A stretch of DNA of 64,000 nucleotides, taken from NCBI RefSeq assembly GCF_018977255.1, contig NW_024704742.1:72976001-73040000 (forward strand). The letters are read 5' to 3'. Shown piece by piece: positions 11,901 to 24,800 of the stretch (its first letter is position 1; each line of letters begins with the position of its first letter). Under the pieces are notes generated by a model. That model searched no databases and was not told the origin of the DNA. It was given only the letters and a program-made list of their open reading frames with translations. Source of the DNA: Callorhinchus milii (lineage: Eukaryota). The position numbers and the translations under genes were made by a program.

Positions 11901-14900
11901 ATGTCACGGTGTGACGTCACAAGGGTATATTTCACTATCCTTCTGCTACCTTGTCCTCCCTTCCCTCCTGGACTTTGGCACCTGAGCCATGGCCACCATC
12001 TCCTCTCTGCCCCCACTGAACTGTCTCCCATAGCCCAGGGGCTGATGCTGTCCTGCTAATCGCTTGCTCCCAGTCTCTGCGTGTGCGTTTTCCCTGCCAA
12101 CCCGACCCGAGCCGCGGCCCCTGTAAATGTTCCTGCTCCTACCCCTCACACTCGGCTACTCCCACTCTGTCCTTTTCTCCCACCATCCTCCTCATCTTCT
12201 CTCTCTTTTGGACTTCACCATTACCTCCCTCTGCTCCAGCCTGGGCATGCTCCACCAGGCCCAGTGTTGGTTGTCCCCAGAGCAGCCACATCAACTGTCC
12301 CATCACTCACTCTCTCCGCAGCAACCGCCTCCAAAAAGCAAACACCCCTTCCCCTCCCTCATCCATATCCTCCCCAACTCTCCCTGCTTCTCAAACTCCA
12401 CGCTCACTTCTCCCCCACAACCCCAAATCCTCTCTATACCATTCTCTCCTCCATCCTCCCACCAGCCCCTCTGGCTGCTTCTCCTCCTTTGAGCACCTCA
12501 TCCCTACTCTCCCTCACTCCCTCAAAATTCTCCTAGTTTACCCATCCCCCCCAAAACCTCCTGGCTCCTTCCTCACTGATATATCCTCTCTCCTCTCATC
12601 CCTGTCCCTCTGCACTGAACACCTGCTCATAATGGGTGATTTCAACCACCAGCTAAATTCTGCTTGCACCACCTCCTCAGATTTCACTGTCCTCCTCTCC
12701 TCCCTAAACCCCACAACCATGGCCACTCCCTCAACCTCATCATCATACATGGCCTTGACATTTCTGATCTGTCCTTGACAGACAAGGCCATCTCGGACCA
12801 CTTCCTCATTTCCCTCTCATCCCACATCCCCCTCCCCTCTTCCAAGCCCTCCACCATTATTTTCCACCCCTGGAAAAAGTTTCCTCCTGAGTTCTTCACA
12901 AATGCCCTCTGTGCCTTAGACCCCCTCTCCCTCCAGCCCTCCACCAGCAGTGATCCTGATGTAGCATCAAGCTGCTGAATGACTATTTCTCCACAACCTT
13001 CAATTTCCTGGCTCCCCTGAAATCCAGGGTTGTTTCCAAACCCACCGCTCCCCCTGGTACAACACTCATATGCGCTCACTCAAAATACAAATCTGGATGC
13101 TCGAGCACAGATGGCAGAAATCTGGTCTCACGATTCACCGCCAGCTGTGGCTCGAGCACCTCCTCACCTACCGCCTCTCCCTTTCGCAGGCCACAACTGA
13201 CTTTTACTCCAAAGTCATCTTGGAGGCAAACAATAACCCAAAGATGCTGTTTTCCACCGTCCATCACCTCCCCTGTGCACCCCCTCAAGCCCCTCTATCC
13301 TCACATCAAACGCCAAGTGCGAAGAGTTCCTAGACTTCTTTGCCTCAAATATTGAGAACATCCACTTGGCACATATTCCTTGGCTCCCGTCAATGTCTTC
13401 ACTCCTGCAGATCTAAACTCCTCAACCTCCCTGGGCTCTCCCTCACACTCATCGAACCAGTGCGCAATCTAAGCTTTCACTTCAACCCCCAGCTGTCCTT
13501 CCTCCCCCACATCTGGTCCCTGACCAGGACCACCATTCTCCACCTCCACCACATTGCCCGCCTCCAACCTTACCTTACCCAAAATGCAGGCAAAATCCTT
13601 GTGCATGCATTTGTCACCTCCCGCCTGGTTTGCTCAAAATGTCCCTTCCCTCTCAAACAAAGCCCTTACCATCCATGACCTCATCCTGGACGAGCACCTT
13701 GACATTCTGGGGCTCACCGAAACCTGGTTCTCCTCCAATGACCCCCTAGTTGAAGGCTACCCTCCAGGCTAAACCTTCCACTACACCCACCCGTCCAAAT
13801 CAACATGGCGGCGGGGTGGCCTTCATTTCCAAAGCCTCCCTTGGTCTTATCCCCTACCCCTCTGGCTGCTTCCCCTTCTTCGAGCACCTCACCCTCTTCC
13901 ACCCCTCTCTCCCATTGAAAATCCTCCTTGTCTACCACCCCCCTAAGCCCCCCAGCTCCTTCCACACAGACATCTCTACTCTCCTCTCTTCCCTATCCCT
14001 CTGCTCCGAACGCCTGCTCATAATGGGCGATTTCAACCTCCACCTAAACTCCTCTTGCACCACTTCTGACGTTTTCACTGCCCTCCTCTCCTCCCTAAAC
14101 CTCACCCTTCATATAAATTCATCTACCCACAACCGTGGTCATGCCCTTGACCTCGTTATCACCCATGGCCTTGACATTTCTGACCTCAGCATAGTGGACA
14201 AGGCCATCTTGGACCACTTCCTCATTTCCTTCTCCTCCCACATCCCTCTCTCCTCCACCAAGCCCTCAACCATCCTCTACCGCCCTTAGAAAAGGCTACC
14301 CCCCAAGACCCTCACAAAGGCCCTCTCATCATCAAACATCCTATTCCTCTGGCCTTCCACCCGTGGAGATCCTGAAGCAGCCGTCCAACTGCTCCATGAT
14401 CACCTCTCCTCCACCTTCAACTCCCTCATCCTCCTGAAATCCAGGACCATCTCCAATCCCACCCGATCCCCCTGGTACAACAACCATCTCCGCCGCCTGA
14501 AAACCCAAACCCAGCTGCTCGAACGCAGATGACGGAAAACTGGCCTGATAGTTCACCGCCAACTGTGGCTCGAGCATTTCCATAGCTACCGCCGTTTTTT
14601 GACACGCGCAAAAACGACCTTCTACTCCAACATCATCTTGGAGGCTAAACACAACCCTAAAATCCTTTTTTCCACCACCCACTACCTCCTCCGTGCTGCC
14701 CCACAGGCCTCTTCAATCTTCATATCCAATGCCAAGTGCGAGTAAGTCATGGAATTTTTTTTATCTAAAATACACAACATCCACCAGGCAGCCTCATCCA
14801 CCTGTCCCTTGTCACCAACCACCACCCCCTCTCTGTCCCCTTATCCTCCCCATCATCTGCTCCTACCACCATACCCATCCTACATTCCTTCCTCCCCATT

Positions 14901-17900
14901 TCTCCCTCCTCCCTCTCACCCACCATCACCTCCATGAAACCCAGCACCTGCTGCCTCAACTCCCTCCACACCAACTTGCTGGTCACTCAGCTCCCCCTCC
15001 TCTGCCCACTATTGGCTGATGTCATCAACCAGTCCCTCTCCTCCGGATCAGTCCCTGCCCTCTCAAAACTGCTGTCATCACCCCCCTCCTCAAAAAACCT
15101 TCCCTAGATCCCTCAAACCCCAGCCACTATCGCCCTATTTCTAACCTTTTGAAGCCCTTGTTGGCAATCATCTTCGCGCACACCTCTCCTCCCACTTCCT
15201 CATCGAACCCCTCCAGTCCGGTTTCCGCCCTGCCCACAGTACAGAGACTGCGCTTGTGAAAGTCACAAACGACATCCTCTCTATCTGTGATCAGGGCTCC
15301 CTCTGCCTCCTTGTCCTCCTGGACCTCTCCACCGTGTTCGACACAGTCGATCACGCCATCCTCCTCCACTGCCTTTCCTCCATCATCCACCTCAGTGGGA
15401 CCACACTCGCCTGGTTCGAGTCCTACCTCACAAACCGGCAGCAGTACATCTGCACAAACGGCTTCTCCTCCCACTCTCACCCGGTTACCTGCGGGGATCC
15501 ATCCTTGTCCCCCTCCTCTTTCTGATCTACATGCTCCCTCTTGGGGATGTCATCCGCAGACATGAGGTACATTTCCACATGTATGCGTACGACACCCAAC
15601 TCTATTTTTCCACCTCTCTTTGCGACCCCCAGTCCATTGATGTTCTGTCAGCCTGCCTGTCCGATCTCAGGGCACAAATTTCCTTCAGCTGACAGTTGAC
15701 AAGACGGAAGCCATACTCTTTGGCTCTCGTCAACATCTAAAATCTCACGGTTCCCACCTCCTCTGCCTATCCAACCTCCCCCTAGAACTCTCCGAACCCG
15801 TACGCAACATAGGCATCAGATTCGACCCACAATTATCCTTCCTTTCCCACATCCGGATCCTCATCAGCACTGCTTTCTTCCACCTCCGACACAACACCCG
15901 TCTTAGCCAATACCTCTCTCTGAAACCTTGGTCCATGCCTGTGTCACCTCTCGGCTGGAGTATTCAAACACCCTCCTCACCGGCCTCCTCTCCACTACCA
16001 TTCATAAAATCAAGATTATTCAAAACTCTGCTGCCCGCATTCTCACCCGCACCAAACTCTGCTCCCGGTTACCCCAGTCCTTGCCAGACTGCACTGGCTG
16101 CCTGTCCCAGAGAGGATTGACTTCAAGATCCTCACCCTTGTATTCAAGTCCCTGCACTCCTCCACACCCCCCTACCTCTCTGACCTCCTCTCTCCTCAAG
16201 ACAGTGCCCATTGCCTTCGTTCTTCTGGGTCTGGCCTCCTCCTCATCCCCCGAGTCCTCCGCTCCACCCTCGGCGGCCGTGCGTTCAGCCACTGTGCCCC
16301 GAGGCTCTGGAACTTCCTTCCTCACTCCTTTCACCTCGTCCCCTCTCTTCCTATTTTCAGGTCTCTGCTGAAGACCTTTCTTTTCGACCGCGCCTTTGGT
16401 CACCTTCCTCCCCCTCCCCCTGACTCGGGCCTGGGATCCGTTACTGTGAAGCGCTCTGAGACACCGTCCGGCGTGGAAGGCGCTATATAAATCCAAGTTG
16501 TTGTTGTTGTTGTTGTTGTACTCAAATGCACTCCTCGCTGGTCTCCCCAGCTCCACTATTCAAAAGATCCAATTCATTCAAAACTCTGGCGCCCACGTAT
16601 TGATCTGGACCAAACGCCGTACCCACATCTCACCAGTTCTGGCCAGACTCCACTGATGCCCCATCACCAAATGGATCGACTTCAAGATCCTTACACTCAT
16701 GTTCATATCCCATCACTCCCTGACACCTCCCTACCTCTCCGACCAACCTCCTCAGTCCCCAATCCAACACTCAGCGCCTCCGTGCAACTGGCACCAGCCT
16801 CCTGCTCGTCCCTCGCACCCTCTGCCCCACCATCGGAGGTCACACATTCAGCCACTATACTCTGAAGCTCTGGAACACTCTTACTCAATCCTTCTGCCTT
16901 GCCCCCTCTTCCCCTTTTTTCAAGTCCGCTTGAAAACCTTCCACTTCGATCGTGCTTACGACCACCTCCCACCCTCCCCACCCCCGGCTCGGAGTCAGGA
17001 TCCGCCATTGTTAAGGTTCTGAGTCGCTACCGTTGCATGGAGGGCGCTATATAAGTGGAAGTTGTTGTTGTTATATCACTTGACTATAAACAAAACAAAT
17101 CATCACAATTGATGGCATACAGTTCAGTTGAGGAAACAAGTAAATCAAACAAAACATGTAAAAACTTGTTCAGTGGGCTGTATGGACTGGATAGTCATAT
17201 TTTATTCTAGGTTACATTTTGTTCTTAAATTCATAACAATGTTTCATAACAATGTTTGGGTATTGTTACCTGAGTAGCAATATTGTTTTCATTCCACGAG
17301 TGATTCACTGGACTCTCTAATACTATGGTGTCATTGCCAGGATTAGAAATTATATTTGTCTGGATCACCATCGAAATACCACCATTCTTCTCATGAGAAG
17401 CTTGTTGATCAGGAAGCCTAAAATGACTGTGGTGCTACATGAACAAAGATACAATGAGTAAGAACAGGAGACATGGCAAATAACACTTAATTGGTAAATG
17501 AAGTTTAATATAGGAAAATGCAACAAAATTCACATCCGCAAGAAAATTAAAGAAACCGTTGGAATCTAATAGGAATAGAGGAGCAAAGAGATCTGGGGAT
17601 TCAGATCCACAACTCTCTAAAAGTAGCTACACAGGTAGATAAGGCTATAAAAAGGCCAATGGGATATTGGGCTTTATATCCAATTCTGGTCTCCACACTA
17701 TAAGAAGAATATAGAAGCGATGGAAAGAGTACAGTGTAAGTTTAACAACAACAACAACAACAAGATTCCATTTATAAAGCGCCTTTCACGTCAGGAGGAC
17801 GTCCCAAGGCGCTGCACAGTTGGGTCATGACCCGAGCAGGGGGAAATGGTCAGGGTGAGGGGAGGGGGAGGGAGGGAGCGAGGAGGGGGGAAATGGTCAG

Positions 17901-20900
17901 GGTGAGGGGAGGGAAGGGAGGGGCGAGGAGGGGGAAGAGAGTCGAGAGGGGAGCTGAAGGCTCGGTCAAAGAGAAAGGTTTTGAGACCGGCCTTGAAGGA
18001 GAAAGGGAGGAGGCGGCGAAGGCACTGGGGGATGGAGTTCCAGAGCCTCGGGGCTGAGAGGCTGAAGGCCCGACCACCGATGGTAGGGCGGTTGGGGCGG
18101 GGGACGTGGAGCAGACCGGAGCCAGAGGAACGGAGAGTACGGGCAGGTAGGTAGGGGATGATACCAGGGCTGACAGTTTACTGCTGTCAGAATAGACTGG
18201 GCCTTTTTTCGTTGGAGAAGAGATATGTGAAGGGTGCGAACAGAAATGTTTAAAATTATAAAAGGGTTAACATAAATAGGCTGTTTCGACTGGTTGGGGA
18301 GTCTGCAACAAGAGACACAAATTTAAGATTGCGACCAGAGAATTAAGAGCAATTACTTCACACAGAGAGCGGTGAGACTGTGGAACTCACTGCCTAAAGT
18401 GGTGGTTGAATCAGCTAGTGTATATGCATTCAAGAGGAAGCTAGACCTTCACATGACCGAGAGGGGAATAAAAGAGTATGGGAGGGAGTAACAAATAAAT
18501 GAAGACTTAAGTGGTGTATGTGCACGGACTGGTTGGGCCAAGTGGCCTGTTTCCGTGCTGTATATTCTTTGTAACTTTCTTTACAAGTGTGTGTGGATTT
18601 GGCTACATATACTAGTAAACAAAATCAACTTTGATGTTTGCTTAATGTACGCAGCTAATTAAGAATGTGGGGAAAATGTAATTGTAACAAACCTTTTTTC
18701 TCTATTTCAATCTCATTTTTCTTCAGATTCTGAAACAATTCTATAAGGTACATGTTTCTACTTGTGAGTGAGCCAAAAATGAGAAGGCATATATATAAGT
18801 TTGCTGGTAGTAGATCTAATAATAATAATCCTTGCATTTGATATCGCGCTTTTCACGTCTTCGAGACGTCTCAAAGCACTTCACAGAATATACTGTAAAT
18901 TGAATTCACTGTATGGGCAAAACATGGTAGCCAATTGCGCACAACAGTGTCCCACAAATAGTCGTGGTTTGAAGTGACCAATTTAGGTTTTTTTACCTTG
19001 AGAGATTATTATCAGGCTTGTGGAGTAAGGAAACTTGCCCAACATTTCGCCCTGCTGGGAATCGAACCTACGTCTCTCGCTTGCGAGGCGAGTGCTCTAA
19101 CCACTGAGCTACAGGACTCCATCTAATAGGTAGTTCAGGAGGAATTTCAACACACAGAGGGTGGTCAGAATGTGTTGAACTCACTGCTGGAAGCTGTGGT
19201 TGAAGTAAACAAGCATTAATGTATTTAAGAGAAAACTGGATGCTCACATTGAGGAAGAAGGGCATATAGAGATATTGGAGAAGGGAATAGGAAGGGTGGG
19301 AGCTTATGTGGTATAGAAACATGAGCATGGATTGTTTGGGCTGAATGGCCTGTTTCCGTGCTATATCATTCTATGCATTGTGAAGTGAATGGGTTACTGT
19401 GAGCTATTTTTCTATTTAGTACCTCTCAGTGGTAGTTATCCTCATACCTCTCATGTAATTTTGATATGCATGCATACATAAAAACATTAAATGAAACCTT
19501 TAAATTTCATTAAAGGTACTTATAAGTACACTGCAGCAAATTGGCAACCTATGCCAGTGACACAACATAGTACCTAAGGCAAGAATATCACTACATGGAA
19601 TGGACAGAACAGAGTGAGTGTTGAACGTTCAGTTGAGGGTAACAGTCCCAACCAAGAGATTCTGTCATGAATGCTAGAACTCGCAGTGATGGGTCACAGG
19701 TCTGTGTACCTGTCATTCCTCTCTATTTTCTAAGTGTCATCACCTCATTATAGCAATGCCCAACCTTCTGTTGCGAAAGAGTAAGAAAACAATACAATAC
19801 AAAATTACATTTGTATAGCTCCTTTCAAGTTAAGAGAATGTCCCAAGGCACTGGACAGTCAGGGATTTGGACCCGAGCTGGGGGGCGGTGGGAAAGGAAG
19901 GGTGGAGGGCAGAGAAGATAGGAAGGTGGCCGAAGGCGTGATCAAAGAGGAGGGTCTTGAGACATGCCTTGAAGGAGTCAAGGGAGAGAGCGAGGCAAAG
20001 GGAATGTGGGATGGAATTCCAAAGGGTGGGGGTTCAGAGGTTGAAGGCCTGACCGCCGATGTTGGGGCAGGCCAGGCTGGGCACATGGAGCAAGCCGGAG
20101 CCTGCTGAGCAGAAAAAGCGGACAGGTTAATATGGGAGGCATCAGCATGGAATTAGTGAACATCCAAAGCCAAGGAACACGTGAGAGAAGCAGTCCATTT
20201 TCCAAAGGCCAGAGATGATTGTGAGGAGAGCCATGTATGGTTCTGCATCATACAACACCTCTGCTTTATTTTATAACACTTGGCAATGACCGGCACAGCA
20301 AAGGTTGACATTCTTTTTGTCTTACTTGCTCATCAGGCTGAAGTAATATTTTAAGTATCTTCTCTATGAAGAAAAGGAGATAGAATCCACCAAGCACAAC
20401 CACTGATTTCAAAATATAATCATTGTCTTGGGGCATAAGTCCAAATGCCTAAAAAAAACACAGAGATATTTAGTAGAAGCAGAAGGGAAATGGGCAGACA
20501 TTTGCAAATTATTTAAGTTTGTCCTTATTAGCCATTTTCTTATGGTCTATATTACATATAAAATAGGTCTCATTGTCAAAAGATATGAGAAGTATGCAGT
20601 CATTTGGGAATATATTTAAATATCTCATTATAATTCCACAATAATTAAAAGCAAAAGGATCAACATTTTAAGGCAAAATGGACTAAAGGACAATTTTCGT
20701 GCCTAAACTCCTAAATGAGACTTTTGTGTTAACTTACACTTAAATTCTACCTTTCTCATAGGATGAACATCATGAAGTAATCCACAAAGATGAGGAGCAT
20801 GATGATAATAATAATAATAATAACAACAACAATAATAATAATAATAATAACAATAATAATAGTAGTAGTAGTAGTTTCATTTGATATACTGCCTTTCATG

Positions 20901-21804
20901 TCAGGAAGATATCCCAAAGATCTTCACAGGATTCACTGTAAAGTGTGTATTTTGTGGTGATGACCAGAAAGGAAATTAGGGAAAATTGGAAGGTATTGAC
21001 CAAAGGCATGACAAAAAGATGCATTTTAAGTGGATTTTCATGCTAGAGAGAGAAGTTACAAGACAAAAAGTTTTGGAAGAGACTTTTAGAAAGGAGGCAG
21101 GAACAGGAGTCTCTATATCCTCCTGTAGCTCAGTGGTTAGAGCATTCGCCTCAGCAAGCGAGAGACCTGGGTTCAATTCCCGACCGGGCGAAACATTGGG
21201 CAAGTTTCCTTACTCCACACGCCTCTGTTTACCTAGCAGTAAGTAGGAACCCGGTTGTAAAGCGTTCCTACTTAAAGCGCTCTGAGATGCCGTCCGGCGT
21301 GGAAGGTGCTATATAAATCCAAGTTGTTGTTGTTGTTGTTAGTCGATTGGTGGATCGTTTTTCTGGAGGGAATAATTCCGTAAAAAAAATAATAATAAAT
21401 TGGTCATTCAATCCATGACTGTTTGTGGGATATTGCTGTACTCAATTGGTTGTCGCGTTTCACCCACAAAACATACAGTTAATTCACTTTACAGTATATT
21501 CTGTGAAGCGCTTTGAGACATCTCAAAGATGTGATAAGGTGCTATATCAAATGCAAGGATTATGATTATTATCCCCATTACCCCTATCCAGGCAAATAAT
21601 CGCTAAAAAAGGAGAAAAAGCCAACTTTAACTTTATTTAGTCAGTTTCCTGTTGTCTGGTGTTGAAACCCTATTTTTAAATCCCAAAGCAGTTTTACTTT
21701 GGGATTGTCTTTGACTCTACCATTGTGTTGAGGTCATGGGAGTGGGGGTGAGAGGGGTTTGGGGTAAACATGCGGCCATCGACATCATCATCATCATCAT
21801 CATC

Positions 21805-21857
<53 letters not shown>

Positions 21858-24800
21858 CCTTGCATTTGATATAGTGCTTTTCATGTCGGGAGGACGTCCC
21901 AAAGCACTTCACAGAACACACTGTAAAGTGAATTGACTGTATATTTGTGGGTGAACGCGGCAGCCAGTTGCGCACAGCAATGTCCCACAAACAGTCGTAG
22001 ATTGAAAATGACCAATTTATTATTGTTATGGTTTTTTTTTGGAGGGATTATTATTAGGCGTGTGGAGTAAGGAAACTTGCCCAAGGTTTCACACTGCCTG
22101 GAATTGAACTCAGGTCTCTCGCTTGCAAAGCGAGTGCTCTAATCACTGAGCTACAGGACATGTACTGATTGCTGGGTGAGTTTATGCTGGCAATGGATTA
22201 AGATATGAAATTTGTTTGTTAATGTGTTCCTTGTGGTAATTATCACTAGGGTGTCGAACATCGTAAATTGTAAACATTAGAATTGTGCATGAATATTTAT
22301 TTCTTTGTTTAATAATTTAATATTGGAACCAGCAAAGTGCAACAAACAATCTTTGCCGGCACATTCCCGGATTCCAGAATCCTCAGAGTTCAAATTTATA
22401 AAATGAAACGCATTAAACTAACTCCATAAAGTGCACAACATTTGTGCCCTTGGATAACGGATGCCAAGTAGTTATTTTAATTATAATTATAGAGCACTAA
22501 CAGGGATATTCATAATGCCTACATATAGGAGGAAGGAAATGAGTATTCCCTCAGATTCATTCCTTATGATAATTCTCACTGAATGTTGACCAAATTACGC
22601 TCAGAAGCAGTCAATAGTTATCACTGGGTTCAGAGGTAAATCTCCCCCCTGAAACCAGTGATAATACCGAATGTATTTGACTGTCCAATCATTGCGAGTG
22701 ATGTTATAACATGCTGCATTTTCCACCTCACTATTTTTCCACCACTGAGAGATTAAAGCAGATAAACTGAATGTGGTTCACCAGGAAGAAGCACTAAACA
22801 GTGTCCTTGGGATCTTGTAACGGAAACAATCCTTCCTCTAGATATCAGCCTGGTGCAACTGATAGCACTCTCAGCTCTGAGTCAGAAGGTTGTGAAGTTG
22901 AGCTCTCTTTTGGTACTTTGAGCTAAAAACTGTCTAAATTCCATGGAATTCTCTATCAAGAAAAATGTTGACACTACTGGAATTGGAGTGGGGGGAAACG
23001 TAAGACATGTTTTGTTAAAATACAAATTCTGCAGATCTTTTTTTCTGTTGCAAACATTGCCACATTACTAGAGTAAGATCCTTTACCGTTACTCATTAAA
23101 GGGTAGGATTCATTACAGCATTATTTTCCTATTCAAAGTCCATCTTTTCCAAGGTTTTTATTACTAATATTAATATAGTGCTAATGTACTGTGCCAGGAA
23201 CCATGGTGATGGATTGGGCAGCAAATGATTGGGACCCTGATTAACCATAGAACATAGAATTATACAGCACAGAAGGAGGCCATTCGGCCCATCGTGTCTG
23301 TGCCGGCTCTTTGAAAAGAGCTATCCAAATCAATCCCACTCCTCCGCTCTCTCCCCATAGCCCTGCAAACTTGTCCTCCCCAAATAATTATCTACTTCTC
23401 TCTTAAAAGTTGTTATCAAATCAGCTTCCACCATCCTTTCAGGCAATGCATTCCACATCCGAACAACTCACTGTATGAAAAAATTTCTCCTCCCTTCCCC
23501 TCTGTTTCTTTTAACAACTATGTTTAAGGCACTCATTCTTTCATTTAAGCACCTTGGGACGTCCTCATGACGTGAAAGGCGTTATACAAATGTAATTTTG
23601 ATATTTCAACTATTGCTGCTTTTTGACCTAAATATCTTTAGAGTGGATCTCTCCTCCTCCTTGCATTGTTGCTAGGTTACTGGAGCTGGTTAATCTCACA
23701 AGCTAAGGAATAATAATAATAATAATAATCCTTGCATTTGATATAGCGCTTTTCACGTCGGGAGGACGTCCCAAAGCGCTTCACAGAACACACTGTAAAG
23801 TGAATTGATTGTATATTTGTGGGCGAACGCGGCAGCCAATTGCGCACAGCAATGTCCCACAAACAGTCGTAGATTGAAAATGACCAATTTTATTATTGTT
23901 TATTTTTTGGGGGGGGATTATTATTAGGCGTGTGGAGTAAGGAAACTTGCCCAAGGTTTCGCCCTGCCTGGAATTGAACTCAGGTCTCTCGCTTGTAAAG
24001 TGAGTGCTCTAACCACTGAGCTACAGGACTCCGCAGGTCTCCTGCACATCCCAGCCCGTGATTGTCTCGGTCACTTCCCATTTGCTGGAAGGTTTTAGGG
24101 AAGGTGTATGGGACATTCTTGAAACTGGCAAATTCATATCATAACAGTTATTCTTTCAGAGTGAGGTTTAATATTGATAATTATAAAGTACTAAGTATAG
24201 CATCCAAGAATAGGAAACACAAGTGCTCCATGGATGGGATAGTATATTAAGTTTAATATTCAAGTTACGTTTGACTCAATATTGACACTTGGCTGACCAC
24301 AAAGCAAACATGATGATTATTTGTGAAAAGCGCTAAATTTACCACAAGAACTCAGGGTGACAGACTCTTAATTGAAGAATGTTCTTCATAATGGACGGCA
24401 GCACCGACTGACACAGAAAGCTCCTTACCTCTGGAATAAGTTGTAAAATAGCATTGGAGAAAACTGACCCAATGGCTAGGCCCATAAAGCAGATCATAAC
24501 CTTTGGAAAATATGTTTTTTTGGTGAGAGGAATAAGTGCAACACCAAACAGGGAGGTAAGGTTGATGATAGTGACAGTCAGGAACCCGAAACCCCACACT
24601 GTGAACAGAACAGAATTAAAAAATAATAATTATCCTTGCATTTGACATGGCACTTTATCACATCTTTGAGACATCTCAAAACGCTTCACAGAATATACTG
24701 TAAAGTGAATTGACTATATTTTGTGGGCGAAACGCAGTAGCCAATTGTGCACAGCAGTGTCCCACAAACAGTCGTGGGTTGAGTGCCCAATTTTTTTTAA

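Noticed and set aside
21694..21990. Recurring ORFs such as [14 protein letters not shown]...KCKDYYYY and poly-Ile/poly-Tyr peptides
   Set aside because: They are translations of SINE bodies and (TAA)n tails.
23841..23847. Metal response element core TGCGCAC in many SINE copies around a zinc transporter
   Set aside because: It is an intrinsic 7-mer of a high-copy SINE, so local enrichment is uninformative without MTF-1 data.
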